A DNA stretch of 64,000 bases. It comes from Amoeboaphelidium protococcarum X5 (Eukaryota > Fungi > Aphelidiomycota). The DNA lies in assembly GCA_023515725.1 (NCBI GenBank), contig JALDTO010000213.1:248001-312000 (forward strand). Direction: 5' to 3'. Positions 63,874-64,000 of this stretch are shown piece by piece. The first letter of the stretch is position 1, and every line of letters starts with the position of its first letter. Made by a program: the position numbers and the translations under genes. A model generated the notes under the pieces. That model saw nothing but the letters and a program-made list of their open reading frames with translations. It did not search any database and had not been told where the DNA came from.

Positions 63874-64000
63874 GATAAAATGATGATTGTTATTATTACA
63901 AAGGGGGAATTGAGTAGAAATTTGTGAATGAAAAGACTGAAGAAAACGCGTCGAACAAGAAGAACGGCTTAATGTACTCTCCCCTCACTCTCTAACTCTC

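Overview
Compact, intron-poor eukaryotic DNA with fungus-like genes, in which TAA and TAG are read as Gln and TGA is the stop (translation table 6). The supplied standard-code ORF track therefore fragments almost every gene, and I re-read the genes by eye in table 6. Frames were checked at starts, ends and several internal points, not at every codon. The code plus gene content points to an aphelid algal parasite such as Amoeboaphelidium protococcarum (inference). Housekeeping genes: MSS4-type PIP5K (partial), RBM42-like, FAB1, GAA1, CEP120-like, RNF121-like, MRX11-like, monoglyceride lipase, Tctex-1, DUF1365, neutral ceramidase, AP-1 mu and PEX6. These are interleaved with an unstable accessory layer: (i) four ~680-690 aa paralogs, plus one fragment, built as signal peptide + basic NLS-like motif + helical body + C-terminal HicA-like RNase-toxin domain, the best candidate for an undescribed system (secreted nuclear RNase effectors); (ii) three tandem PD-(D/E)xK nuclease-kinase (Crinkler-type) genes; (iii) a DRB0094/Rnl5-type RNA ligase with a mitochondrial-like presequence; (iv) a ~5.5 kb inverted duplication carrying a beta-propeller/Thr-stalk receptor kinase, a Mug135-like gene and the ligase; (v) scattered, partly inverted Helitron remnants and PEX6 fragments.
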